DNA of 64,000 nt from Bacteroidota bacterium (GTDB taxonomy: Bacteria; Bacteroidota; Bacteroidia; J057; JAJTIE01). The stretch lies in NCBI GenBank assembly GCA_021300195.1, contig JAJTIE010000010.1, forward strand, positions 15,605-79,604, written 5' to 3'. Shown piece by piece: positions 29,156 through 38,103 of this stretch (the stretch's first letter is position 1; each line of letters begins with the position of its first letter). Under the pieces are notes generated by a model. That model saw only the letters and a list, made by a program, of their open reading frames with translations. It was not told the origin of the DNA and made no database searches. The translations under genes and the position numbers were made by a program.

Positions 29156-30275
29156 GGTGCTGGATAAGCGACTGGCTGAGGTGCTTCATGCAGTGGTTGT
29201 CGCCCCCGCAGGGTAGCTCTGTGGTGTGGTGCACGCAGGGCGAGCAGGCGGGTGCCAGGTACACCACCTGATCCAGGCCCGGGGTGCGGGCACCCAGGTA
29301 GTGCTCGGGGTGCGTAGGGCCCCAGAAGGAGAGGACCGGCAGCCCCAGGGCGCGGGCAATGTGCAGGGGGGCACTGTCTATGCTGATCATGCCCGCACAG
29401 TGCGTGTACAGGGTGTGGTAGTACTGCCCAAAGGGCCAGGCCCCGGCCCGGTTGTGCACACGGCTGCGCAGTGCAGGGTGGCGGTCCAGAAAGCGCTCGT
29501 AGGCGGCGGCATCGGCGGGTGCACCCACTAGCAGCACCTCATAGTCTGCCTGCGCCAGCACACACTCCAGCACCCAGGCCAGCTGCTGCTCGGGCAGCTT
29601 TCGCTCCAGGCTCAGCTCGCTGCAGGTGTTGTTCAGCGCCAGGTAGCGGTAGGGGGCGGCGGGGCGCGGCACCGGCCATGCCTGTAGGCCAAAGCGGACC
29701 TCCGCACCGGCCCCCAGGGCCTCGGCCAGCTTCAGGTAGTTTTCGTGTATGGGCCTGAATCGGTTAAAATACACCCGGTGCGTATGCAGGTGCTGCCGGA
29801 AGGGCACTACCTCCAGCTGAAAGCCAAACCGATTGACCGCGCAGGTGAGCAGGGAGAAGAGTGAGGTCAGGCGGCTATACACCTCCAGGTCCACTGTCCA
29901 CGTGTGGCCGGGCTGGCGCCACGACCGCCACAGGCAGTGCAGGGCCGACACCAGCAGCGAGCCAAAGCGCCGGTCTTTTATTTCCCATAGCTCATCGAAG
30001 AGGCCCAGGGGCTCCAGGCCCGGCCGCAGCCCGCTGCCGCATATCATGATCAGCCGGGCATCCGGGTAGCGGGCACGCACCCGGGCTATGGCATCGGCGG
30101 CCATAAACACACTGCCCAGGCCCAGTATCTTGATGAAGATAATGCGGCGCGGGGGCGGCTGCAGGCTATGGTCGCGGTGCAGGAGTGCGCCCAGCAGGCG
30201 GGCAGCGGCCACAAAGAGCCAGCTGAACCAGCCACTGGCAACCGAATCAAATTTTCGCTTGAACTGAAGGCGCAT
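29109..30275 (-). CDS. glycosyltransferase family 9 (heptosyltransferase-like)
   Basis: It shows the GT9 pattern: IIFIKILGLGSVFMAADAI near the N-terminus and ISIDSAPLHIARALGLPVLSFWGPT near the C-terminus. I chose the internal ATG (MRLQFKR) over the track start at 30404. Confidence 0.75.
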   Translation of the reverse strand: MRLQFKRKFDSVASGWFSWLFVAAARLLGALLHRDHSLQPPPRRIIFIKILGLGSVFMAADAIARVRARYPDARLIMICGSGLRPGLEPLGLFDELWEIKDRRFGSLLVSALHCLWRSWRQPGHTWTVDLEVYSRLTSLFSLLTCAVNRFGFQLEVVPFRQHLHTHRVYFNRFRPIHENYLKLAEALGAGAEVRFGLQAWPVPRPAAPYRYLALNNTCSELSLERKLPEQQLAWVLECVLAQADYEVLLVGAPADAAAYERFLDRHPALRSRVHNRAGAWPFGQYYHTLYTHCAGMISIDSAPLHIARALGLPVLSFWGPTHPEHYLGARTPGLDQVVYLAPACSPCVHHTTELPCGGDNHCMKHLSQSLIQHHVTHYLHTLRPVGLA

Positions 30276-30418
30276 GCAGAGGCAGAGGGGGGGTATCCGG
30301 GGGCGCAATTTAGCTATATTAGCCCACACACGAGCCCCTTGCAAGGCACCCGTGCAGCCTATGGCCAAAAACCCGGGGCGCAAGGCCACCGCAGCGGGCC
30401 ACACACCGGATAGGAGGG

Positions 30419-30958
30419 CTAGTGGGCCGGGTGCTCGGGCCTATCTAGCCCATCCAGGTTCGATACATGGTCGAACACCGAAGAGCAGCTCACGTTGGCC
30501 AATATCTGCTTCAGTACGCGCAGCGTGGCTTGCTTATCCGCCTCGGCTACGCCACCCCAGGCAATGGCCAGCGTGTCGGCAGCCAGCCTGTGCAGGCGGG
30601 CCTTCATTTGCTCGGCCTGGGGCGTAAGTACTACCTGGTTGATGCGCTTATCCTCCGGATCCTGCTGGCGGCGTACCAGGCTTTTGTGCTCCAGGCCGTC
30701 TATCAGGCGGTTTATGGCGGTTTTGTCGCGGCCCACGGCGGCGGCTATCTGGTTCTGCTTCAGGCCCTCATATTCAAATAGATAGGCCAGAACTGTCCAC
30801 TCATCCGTGCTAAGATCCACATGTGCCTGATCCAGCTTGAAACGCAGGATGTGGCCGATGCAGTCATTTATCTGCTTGCAGATCCGCCCCAGCGAGTCAT
30901 CAAAGCTATAAGCATCTACCGGTACGGCATCCGCGCTGTTGGGTATTTTGGCAACCAT
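30419..30958 (-). CDS. MarR-family transcriptional regulator
   Basis: It has a winged HTH (LKQNQIAAAVGRDKTAINRLIDGLEHKSLVRRQQDPEDKRINQVVLT). Confidence 0.8.
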   Translation of the reverse strand: MVAKIPNSADAVPVDAYSFDDSLGRICKQINDCIGHILRFKLDQAHVDLSTDEWTVLAYLFEYEGLKQNQIAAAVGRDKTAINRLIDGLEHKSLVRRQQDPEDKRINQVVLTPQAEQMKARLHRLAADTLAIAWGGVAEADKQATLRVLKQILANVSCSSVFDHVSNLDGLDRPEHPAH

Positions 30959-31039
30959 AAGATGACAAATATCATAGGAAAATACGAAAAAGCAGTCATT
31001 TGGTTACAAAAAATACGAACAGACACGCTGCTGCCAGCA

Positions 31040-31735
31040 TTACCTGGAAAGCGCGGCCCGGCGGGCGGGGAAGAGGGGAACCGAGGCCCCTACCGCCAGG
31101 CTGAACAGAGCGGGCAGGCTGCGACGCGCTACCCGAGAGTCGATAAGGTACCAGAGCGAGGAGGTGAGCAGGCCAGACTCCACATACAGGCTGGGTGTGG
31201 CCCCAAAATCTGCCCGCCCGCCCGCCATGGGGAACCAGCGCAGGCCCCCGTAGGCCGTACCGTGGAAGGCCGTAGTGGGATAATACCCGCCGGGAAAATG
31301 ATCGGGCAGGCGAGTCCATCCGTTCAGGCCGGTATCCCAGCTGAACGTGCCCCCCAGATAGGGCTGCAGCACCGAGTTTTGCAGGCGCAGCTTCCAGATG
31401 GCCACGTTTGCCTTCAGGCTAAAGGTATGCACCCGTGCACCGCCTACCGACCGGGGCAGATAGCCATACAGCAGGCTAGCCTGCAGGCGCTGCCGCCAGA
31501 AGGTGTAGCCTGCACCTGCCGACAGGAAGCCGATGTTTCCGGCAAACTGGAACTGACCCCAGTGGGGTACGAATGCCCACAGGCGCATGGGGTGCCGGGT
31601 GCTATCCGGATCTGCTGGGGTGGAAAAAAGCGGGGGACCAGGGCGGTACGCATGGGGGCCCGAGGTGGCAGCGGGCAGCATGGCCGGGCCGAAGCCCGCC
31701 AAGCCCACACACAGGAGGAAAATGAACCGGATCAT
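31040..31735 (-). CDS. secreted hypothetical protein, possibly an outer-membrane beta-barrel
   Basis: It has a signal-peptide-like N-terminus (MIRFIFLLCVGLAGFG) and an alternating aromatic/Gly-rich composition. The overlapping plus-strand ORF 30821..31870 looks like an antisense artefact. Confidence 0.5.
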   Translation of the reverse strand: MIRFIFLLCVGLAGFGPAMLPAATSGPHAYRPGPPLFSTPADPDSTRHPMRLWAFVPHWGQFQFAGNIGFLSAGAGYTFWRQRLQASLLYGYLPRSVGGARVHTFSLKANVAIWKLRLQNSVLQPYLGGTFSWDTGLNGWTRLPDHFPGGYYPTTAFHGTAYGGLRWFPMAGGRADFGATPSLYVESGLLTSSLWYLIDSRVARRSLPALFSLAVGASVPLFPARRAALSR

Positions 31736-31758
31736 AAATGCTTTGGGGTACCGTGTAT

Positions 31759-32607
31759 TTATCGTTTAAACCTTTGCTCCAGGCGTACCTGGCCGTTCTC
31801 CAGGGTCAGGATGCCATACGAAAGCTTGTCTACAGCAGGCACGGTGGCGTACAGGATATCATTGTTGTAGTTTTCTATACCAAACTGGTGCTTGTGTCCG
31901 TGTAGCGAAGCCTGCACCCCATACTGCTCAGTCAGGGCCACATAGCGCGCCTCGTCGGCCTCGGGGAACTGGTCTCCCCAGGGGGGGATGTGTGCCAGCA
32001 GGATGGGCGTGCCTCGGTCTGTCTGTTTCAGCCGGCTCTCCAGCCAGTCCCAGTCGGGTGTGCCGTTCTTTTCCCAGTACACATCGTCCCAGGCTATAAA
32101 GTGGTAGCCCGCGTAGCTGAAGCTGTAGTTGCGGCTGCCATACAGCTGATCGTATATGTCCTCTCCGTTTGCCAGATACTCGTGGTTGCCAATCACCGTC
32201 AGGTAGGGCATCTTCAGGTCATTTAGCACGTCTTCCAGGATCTCAAACTCCGATACCAGTCCCTGGTCTACAATGTCGCCCAATACAATCACAAAGTCTA
32301 CCGACTCGCCATTCAGCTGGTTCACCAGCTCCTTTATGTCCTGAAAATGGTAGTGCGCATCTGCCAGCAGGCCTATACGCACCGTGGCAGTGGTATCGCG
32401 GGCCTTGTCCGTATTCAGCAGGCGGCCCAGGTTCTTGTCTGTCTGCCCGCGTGCCTCGCGGGGCACATCTACCTCAAAGGGGCTGTAGTCAAAGGGATCG
32501 GAGCAGCCGTGGATGAAAAACAGCGTCAGGAAAATCGGCAAAGCCCACTTTGCGCAGGCCAAACCCCTACAGCAGGGGCGGAAGAGAAAACCAATCAGAC
32601 GAACCAT
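31759..32607 (-). CDS. calcineurin-like metallophosphoesterase, probable lipoprotein
   Basis: It has the motifs GLLADAH, VIVLGDIVD, GNHE and HGHKH, and a lipobox-like FFIHGC. Confidence 0.8.
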   Translation of the reverse strand: MVRLIGFLFRPCCRGLACAKWALPIFLTLFFIHGCSDPFDYSPFEVDVPREARGQTDKNLGRLLNTDKARDTTATVRIGLLADAHYHFQDIKELVNQLNGESVDFVIVLGDIVDQGLVSEFEILEDVLNDLKMPYLTVIGNHEYLANGEDIYDQLYGSRNYSFSYAGYHFIAWDDVYWEKNGTPDWDWLESRLKQTDRGTPILLAHIPPWGDQFPEADEARYVALTEQYGVQASLHGHKHQFGIENYNNDILYATVPAVDKLSYGILTLENGQVRLEQRFKR

Positions 32608-32639
32608 AAATAATTACTTATCACCGTAAATAAAGATAA

Positions 32640-32675
32640 TTAACGAGAACAAAGTTGATTAACGCAAACAAAGTT
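32640..32675. repeat. imperfect 17-nt direct repeat, TTAACGAGAACAAAGTT / TTAACGCAAACAAAGTT
   Basis: The copies lie at 32640-32656 and 32659-32675 (15/17 identical) in the 425-bp AT-rich divergent spacer. Confidence 0.6.
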
Positions 32676-33032
32676 ACTGAATATAATCTTAAGATATACA
32701 CTAAAGTCTAAAAAAGAACGAACTGCCTGCAGCAAGAAGCGGCCCCGACCTGTACGCCCTAACCAAAAGGAGCGTACGCCCATGCTGTGGTTAAAAATCG
32801 AAAGGCATGCCAGTTTGGTTTCACATGAAAACAAAAAATGGTAGCCGACACCGACCGTACCGTAAAAAAACCGAGGGAAATGAAGAGTAGCCTGCACCCT
32901 GCAATGCGATGAAACAGGGCATGGGGTACCTGGCTCCCCCCGCATCCTACTTGCACACAGCCGGCCTGGTGCCCTATATTGCCGTACTATGACTCCTATG
33001 GCTCCCAAGCAATACCCTGAGTGTAAAGGGGC

Positions 33033-34265
33033 ATGAGCAGGCTACTCTTCAACCTGCACGAGGCCCTGGCCGCCCTGCGGAGGCAGCGGCTGCGCGCGGG
33101 GCTTACCCTGCTCATCATTGGCTTTGGGGTAATGGCCATTGTGGGGGTGCTCACCAGCATAGACAGCGTGAAGTACTACCTGATGAGCAGCTTCAGCACC
33201 CTGGGGGCCAATACCTTCCGGGTACAGAACCGGGAGGGGAGGATACGCATGCGGGGACGTGGGCAGCAGGCCGACTTTCCGGCCATCACCTACCGAGAGG
33301 CGCGGGCCTTTCAGCAGCGCATGCAGGGGGTAGCGGTGGTAAGCCTGAGCTACCCCACCGCCCTGCCGGTGCGGGTGCGCTACCGGCAGCATACCACCAA
33401 CCCCAATGTGTTTGTACAGGGTGCAGACCCCGCCTTTCTGCAAGTACAGACGTACCAGCTGGCCCTGGGCCGCTTCATCACCCCCGAGGACCTGGCGGAG
33501 CATCGGGCCGTAGCGGTGCTGGGCTGGGCGGTTTACCAGCGGCTGTTTGGCACCGGCAGCGGGGGGCTGGGCCAGGCCGTGCAGGTGGGCAGCCACCAGT
33601 ACAGGGTGGTGGGCGTGTTTGCCGAAAAAGGCAGCGGCTTTGGCAGCCAGGGCGATAAGGTGGCGGTCATCCCCCTCTCCACCGCCCTGGCCCATTATCC
33701 TGGCCAGAGTACGGAGGTAAGTGTGTATGTGCCCAGCGCCCCACAGCTGGCTGCAGTGGCCGAGGCCGCACGCGGGCACATGCGCCGGGTGCGCAGGCTG
33801 CACCCCACCCGGGCCGATAACTTTGCCATCGTGAAAAGCGATGCCTTTATAGATAGCCTGCTGCGCAACCTGCGCATTCTTACCTGGAGTGCCACGGCCA
33901 TTGCCGTTATTACCCTGCTGGGGGCCGGGGTGGGGCTGATGAACATAATGCTGGTGAGCGTAAGCGACCGCACCATGGAGATAGGCCTGCGCAAAAGCCT
34001 GGGGGCCACGCGGGCTGCCATCCGGCAGCAGTTCCTTACCGAGGCGGTGGTTATCTGCCAGCTGGGGGGGCTGGTGGGCATCGGGCTGGGGCTGGGCATG
34101 GCGGCCCTGGTGGGCATGGCCATGGGCACGGCCTTTGTGCTGCCCTGGGGCTGGATCCTGCTCAGCATAGGGCTATGCCTGCTGGTGGGCATCCTTAGTG
34201 GCTACTACCCCGCCCGCCGGGCCGCGCGGCTAGACCCCATAGAGGCCCTGCGCCAGGGCAGCTAG
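33033..34265 (+). CDS. ABC transporter permease, MacB/FtsX family
   Basis: It has a MacB-type periplasmic domain after TM1 and a C-terminal FtsX domain (IGLRKSLGATRAAIRQQFLTEAVVI...YYPARRAARLDPIEALR). Confidence 0.85.
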   Translation: MSRLLFNLHEALAALRRQRLRAGLTLLIIGFGVMAIVGVLTSIDSVKYYLMSSFSTLGANTFRVQNREGRIRMRGRGQQADFPAITYREARAFQQRMQGVAVVSLSYPTALPVRVRYRQHTTNPNVFVQGADPAFLQVQTYQLALGRFITPEDLAEHRAVAVLGWAVYQRLFGTGSGGLGQAVQVGSHQYRVVGVFAEKGSGFGSQGDKVAVIPLSTALAHYPGQSTEVSVYVPSAPQLAAVAEAARGHMRRVRRLHPTRADNFAIVKSDAFIDSLLRNLRILTWSATAIAVITLLGAGVGLMNIMLVSVSDRTMEIGLRKSLGATRAAIRQQFLTEAVVICQLGGLVGIGLGLGMAALVGMAMGTAFVLPWGWILLSIGLCLLVGILSGYYPARRAARLDPIEALRQGS

Positions 34266-34272
34266 CCCCCAG

Positions 34273-35154
34273 CTAGCCCCTGGGCCCCACCCGGCTCACC
34301 AGCCACACCCCCAGCAGGATGGCCGCTAGCCCAAAGCCGTGCCACAGCAGGATGGGCTCACCATCCAGCGTGCCCCAGAAGAGGGCTACCACGGGCATCA
34401 GGTACGTAACACTGGTGGCCGCTACCGGGCTGAGCACCTTCAGCGCCTGAAAAAAAAGCCAGAGAACAAAGCTGGTGCCCACCACCCCCAGCACCACTAG
34501 TGCCAGCAGGCTGTGCCAAAAATGCGGGTGCTGGGCCAGCCCCTGCGTGGGGGTAAACAACAACACCCCTAGCAGGGCCGGCAGGGCAAACACCACCAGG
34601 CCGAAGCCCGACACCTCCAGCGTGGAAACGCCGTGGATGCGAAACTTCACATAGTTGGTATGCAGCCCATACAGCAGGGTGGCCAGCACCACCAGCAGGG
34701 CATACAGGAGGTCTCCGCCGGGCCGGGCATCCAGCAGCACCAGCAGGCTGGCGCCAGCCAGCCCCAGCAGTACGCCCACCAGCTTTTGCGCACGAAAGGG
34801 CTGCCCATACAGCAGCAGGCCTAGCAGCATGGCACTCAGTGGCGTAAGGGTATTCAGCACACCGGTGGTGCCACTCTGCAGCCGTGTTTGCGCCAGCGAG
34901 AACAGAAAGGCCGGAATCAAATTACCAATGGCGGTGCCAAACAGCAGGCGCCCGTAGGGTAGCCTGCGCCGGTGGCGCAGCAGCCGGTACAGGATGATGG
35001 GTGCAAAACCCAGGCCGGCAAAACCAATGCGTAGGGCCGCCACCTGGCTGGCCGTAAACACCACCAGCCCCCGCTTCATCAGGATGAAGCTGCTGCCCCA
35101 CACCAGGGCACACACGACCAGGATGAGCAGGGCCAGCCGGTGGGTCATCTTCAT
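34273..35154 (-). CDS. EamA/DMT-family transporter
   Basis: It has about ten TM segments arranged as two EamA-like halves and is 293 aa. Confidence 0.8.
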   Translation of the reverse strand: MKMTHRLALLILVVCALVWGSSFILMKRGLVVFTASQVAALRIGFAGLGFAPIILYRLLRHRRRLPYGRLLFGTAIGNLIPAFLFSLAQTRLQSGTTGVLNTLTPLSAMLLGLLLYGQPFRAQKLVGVLLGLAGASLLVLLDARPGGDLLYALLVVLATLLYGLHTNYVKFRIHGVSTLEVSGFGLVVFALPALLGVLLFTPTQGLAQHPHFWHSLLALVVLGVVGTSFVLWLFFQALKVLSPVAATSVTYLMPVVALFWGTLDGEPILLWHGFGLAAILLGVWLVSRVGPRG

Positions 35155-35597
35155 AAACCAGCGCGTTTAGCCTGAAAAAAGGACCGCAGCAGGGCTGCAC
35201 ACTCGGTGGCCAGCAGGCCGCTGGCCACCTGGGTGCGGGGGTGCAGCAGGCTGGGGCTGTGTCGGCAGTAGCCATACTTGTCGTCGGCCGCGCCGTATAC
35301 TATGCGGCCTATCTGGCTCCAGCGCAGGGCACCGGCACACATGGGGCAGGGCTCCAGGGTAACGTACAGGGTGCAGTCGGGCAGGTACTTGCCCCCCACG
35401 GCCTGGCTAGCCGCTGTCAGGGCCAGCATCTCGGCATGCGCAGTGGGGTCCTGCAGGCGCTCCACCTGGTTATAGCCCTTGCCCAGCACTCGGTAGCCAT
35501 GCGCCACCACCGCCCCTATGGGCACCTCCTGGGCCGCATAGGCCTCCTCGGCCAGCCGGTAGGCCATCTGCATAAAGTGTTCGTCTTGCTGTAGCAT
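35151..35597 (-). CDS. tadA: tRNA adenosine(34) deaminase
   Basis: It has the CDA zinc motifs HAEMLAL and PCPMCAGAL. I chose the start at the internal ATG (MLQQDEHFM). An ATGA overlap links it to the downstream EamA gene. Confidence 0.85.
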   Translation of the reverse strand: MLQQDEHFMQMAYRLAEEAYAAQEVPIGAVVAHGYRVLGKGYNQVERLQDPTAHAEMLALTAASQAVGGKYLPDCTLYVTLEPCPMCAGALRWSQIGRIVYGAADDKYGYCRHSPSLLHPRTQVASGLLATECAALLRSFFQAKRAGL

Positions 35598-35769
35598 AAT
35601 CCCTATTATCCCCCTACCCGGGCATACCCAGGCAGCGGGTAGGCAAAGATACAAACTCGCCACACGCCGGTGCCCCCTACTCGGCACAGATACGCCATAC
35701 GGCCACCGCTGCAGATTTTTAACACGTAGGGAGGGCGCAAAAGTTAAAGAGCCTAATGGATTTTCTTAC

Positions 35770-35777
35770 TAAATTTG
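35770..35777 (+). promoter_or_regulatory. candidate -7 promoter box (TAaaTTTG)
   Basis: It matches TAnnTTTG and lies 49 nt upstream of the ATG at 35826. Confidence 0.35.
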
Positions 35778-35825
35778 CCCGGGTAACGATAGATACACGC
35801 AAGCCTACACACCTACACAAAACGC

Positions 35826-36746
35826 ATGATTAAGCGCCTTATCTCCTACACTTGCTCTTTTCTTTTACTGGGTTTCCTGCTATGGCCAGCCGGGGGAGCT
35901 ATTGCGCAGGGGGGGTCGCTTACGTTGAATTGTCAGCAGTCAGCCACTTCACTTATTGATAATTTTTCTCCGAGACTCGGAGATCCAATGAATAATGGGA
36001 TTATAAGTTTTAATATCTCAACGGCAAACTCCCCTGTTATTTTCGAGCTATGCGACAATGAAGATGATCCAACAGGAGGAACAGATTATCTGCTAACTGC
36101 ATCTGGTATATTCGGAACATCTCCATCAGGTGGGCCGCTCACGGTGACACATACTTTTACCGATATGGGACAAGAGCGATGCTCTACCTGGACTATAACA
36201 ACTCCGAGTGTAGTAAATTTGATTGTAGTTGGGCTTATAGTTGGCGGCTGCAATATCCCCCTCGCCATCACCAACGACCTGAAGGCCGCCACCGAGGCGG
36301 GCCGCCTCAGCTGGCACTATAGTGGCGAGGCGCAGCTGACCCGCATGCGCCTGCACCCGCTGGACGGCAAGCTGCTGCGGGGCGAGGCCCTGGCTAGCCA
36401 GCTGTTAGCGGGCGAGCAGGCAGGCAGCTTCGACTTGGAGAGCCTACCCCTGGGCGACGGCCAGGTGCACTACCTGCAGCTGCAGGCCCTGGACCTGGAT
36501 GGCAACGAGCTGGAGAGCAGACCCATCGTGTATGTATCCGGCCCGGCTACCCAACTGAAGCTGCTGTACCACCCTGCCAACCGACAGTACTACCTGAGCC
36601 AGGACGCCACCTACACCCTGTGGGACCTGAAGGGACAGCAGGTAGGCAGTGGCAAGGGCAAGGAGATAGACACCCGAGGCCTGCCTGCTGGCTTGTATGC
36701 CTTGGTAACGCCAGGCAAAAGCTTCAAGCTAGTGGTGCAGCAGTAG
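35826..36746 (+). CDS. secreted protein with a T9SS-type C-terminal sorting domain and a compositionally distinct N-terminal domain
   Basis: It has a signal peptide (MIKRLISYTCSFLLLGFLLWPAGGAIAQ). The C-terminal ~70 aa resemble a Por secretion tail (YTLWDLKGQQVGSGKGKEIDTRGLPAGLYALVTPGKSFKLVVQQ). Confidence 0.6.
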   Translation: MIKRLISYTCSFLLLGFLLWPAGGAIAQGGSLTLNCQQSATSLIDNFSPRLGDPMNNGIISFNISTANSPVIFELCDNEDDPTGGTDYLLTASGIFGTSPSGGPLTVTHTFTDMGQERCSTWTITTPSVVNLIVVGLIVGGCNIPLAITNDLKAATEAGRLSWHYSGEAQLTRMRLHPLDGKLLRGEALASQLLAGEQAGSFDLESLPLGDGQVHYLQLQALDLDGNELESRPIVYVSGPATQLKLLYHPANRQYYLSQDATYTLWDLKGQQVGSGKGKEIDTRGLPAGLYALVTPGKSFKLVVQQ

Positions 36747-36777
36747 CACAATAGCGCCGTAGCCTGTATCTTGCAGC

Positions 36778-37572
36778 ATGAATACGCTGACTACCGTAGC
36801 ACTGCACCACCAGGTACTGGGGCAGGGGGAACCGGTGCTGATCCTGCACGGCTTTATGGGCAGCGCCGACAACTGGCGGACGCTGGGCCTGCGCATGGCC
36901 AGCCAGAGCCAGGTGTGGCTGGTAGACCAGCGAAACCACGGCCACAGCCCCCACACCGATGCCTGGGACTACCCCCACATGGCCGCCGATGTGCTGCGCC
37001 TGATGGATGAGCACCGGCTAGACCGGGTGAGCCTGATAGGCCACAGCATGGGCGGAAAAACCGCCATGCAGCTGGCAGCCCACCACCCGGATCGGGTAGA
37101 AAAACTGGTGGTAGTAGATATAAGCACCCGGCAAAGCACAGGCGGCCACGAGGCAATCCTGAACGCCCTGCAGCAGGCCGATATAACCCACACCAGCAAG
37201 CGGCACGAAGTGGAAGCCCTGCTGAAAGCCGGCATCCCCAACGAGGCCGAGCGGCAGTTTATCCTGAAGGCGCTGTACCGAGACGGAGACCACTTTGCCT
37301 GGCGGTTCAACCTGCCAGTGTTCGTCCGGCAGTATCCGGCGGTGCTGGCGGGCATGGACGGCAACCCGGTGTACCCCCACCCTACCCGCTTTATCAAGGG
37401 GGGGGCCAGCCGCTATATACAGGCTGAAGACTGGCCCGAGATCCAGCGCCTATTCCCACAGGCGCAGCTGGAGGTAATAGCGGGCGCCGGGCACTGGGTG
37501 CATGCCCAGGCACCCGCTGAGTTTCTGGCCGTACTGAATCGCTTTCTGAGCAAAACCTATTCCCTATCCTGA
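36778..37572 (+). CDS. alpha/beta-hydrolase (esterase, YbfF-like)
   Basis: It has the HGFMGS oxyanion motif, the GHSMGG nucleophile elbow and a C-terminal GAGHWVHAQ. Confidence 0.85.
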   Translation: MNTLTTVALHHQVLGQGEPVLILHGFMGSADNWRTLGLRMASQSQVWLVDQRNHGHSPHTDAWDYPHMAADVLRLMDEHRLDRVSLIGHSMGGKTAMQLAAHHPDRVEKLVVVDISTRQSTGGHEAILNALQQADITHTSKRHEVEALLKAGIPNEAERQFILKALYRDGDHFAWRFNLPVFVRQYPAVLAGMDGNPVYPHPTRFIKGGASRYIQAEDWPEIQRLFPQAQLEVIAGAGHWVHAQAPAEFLAVLNRFLSKTYSLS

Positions 37573-37595
37573 CCCTACCCCCAAACCTGCTACCC

Positions 37596-38027
37596 ATGGA
37601 ACTGCTCATAGCCTCAGACCACGCCGGATACGACCTAAAAACGAGCCTGACCGCCTGGCTGCGCCAGCAGGGCCATCAGGTGGAAGACCTGGGCCCCGCC
37701 AGCGCCGACCGGGTAGACTACCCGGACTATGCCCACCCACTGGCCCAGCGCATAGAGGCCGGCGAGCCCAAAGTGGGCATCCTGCTGTGCGGCAGTGGAA
37801 ACGGGGTGTGTATGACCGCCAATAAGTATCCGCACGTGCGGGCCGCCCTGGTGTGGAACGCCGAGCTGGCGGGCCTGGCCCGTGCGCACAACGATGCGAA
37901 TGTGCTATGCCTACCCGCCCGCTACCTGGATGAACAGGAGGCCCGATTGATTGTAACTACTTTTCTGCAGACTGCCTTTGAGGGCGGGCGCCATGCCCCC
38001 CGTGTGCAGAAGATACAGCCTGCCTAG
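37596..38027 (+). CDS. rpiB: ribose-5-phosphate isomerase B
   Basis: It shows the RpiB/LacAB pattern: IASDHAGYDLK, LLCGSGNGVCMTANK and NDANVLCLPAR. Confidence 0.9.
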   Translation: MELLIASDHAGYDLKTSLTAWLRQQGHQVEDLGPASADRVDYPDYAHPLAQRIEAGEPKVGILLCGSGNGVCMTANKYPHVRAALVWNAELAGLARAHNDANVLCLPARYLDEQEARLIVTTFLQTAFEGGRHAPRVQKIQPA

Positions 38028-38103
38028 CCCGCTGGCCAGGCGGCCCACAGCAGCCCCTGTGTGCGCCAATAAGCCGTAGCCTTATGTTCCACCCCTATAT
38101 CGC

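Noticed and set aside
29109-30404. Long N-terminal extensions in track ORFs (this one, plus 8399, 7643, 24807, 35687, 44618, 44962, 46677, 50640, 55676, 61426 and 62413).
   Set aside because: The extensions lack family similarity and often run through upstream spacers or genes. Internal ATG codons reproduce canonical N-termini (for example MRQLKIS for RpoD and MSNTLEILGARTHNL for UvrA), so I used the shorter coordinates.
30821-31870. A 349-aa plus-strand ORF covering the marR 5' end, the spacer and the whole 31040..31735 gene.
   Set aside because: Its sequence is Gly/Arg/Pro/Gln-rich and junk-like, and it runs through an intergenic spacer and across two minus-strand genes. The minus-strand ORF has a signal peptide and a more protein-like composition.
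32640-33008. A 122-aa minus-strand ORF (and a nested 65-aa ORF) in the long divergent spacer.
   Set aside because: It shows no family resemblance, has odd composition and has no plausible start context. I treated the region as non-coding.
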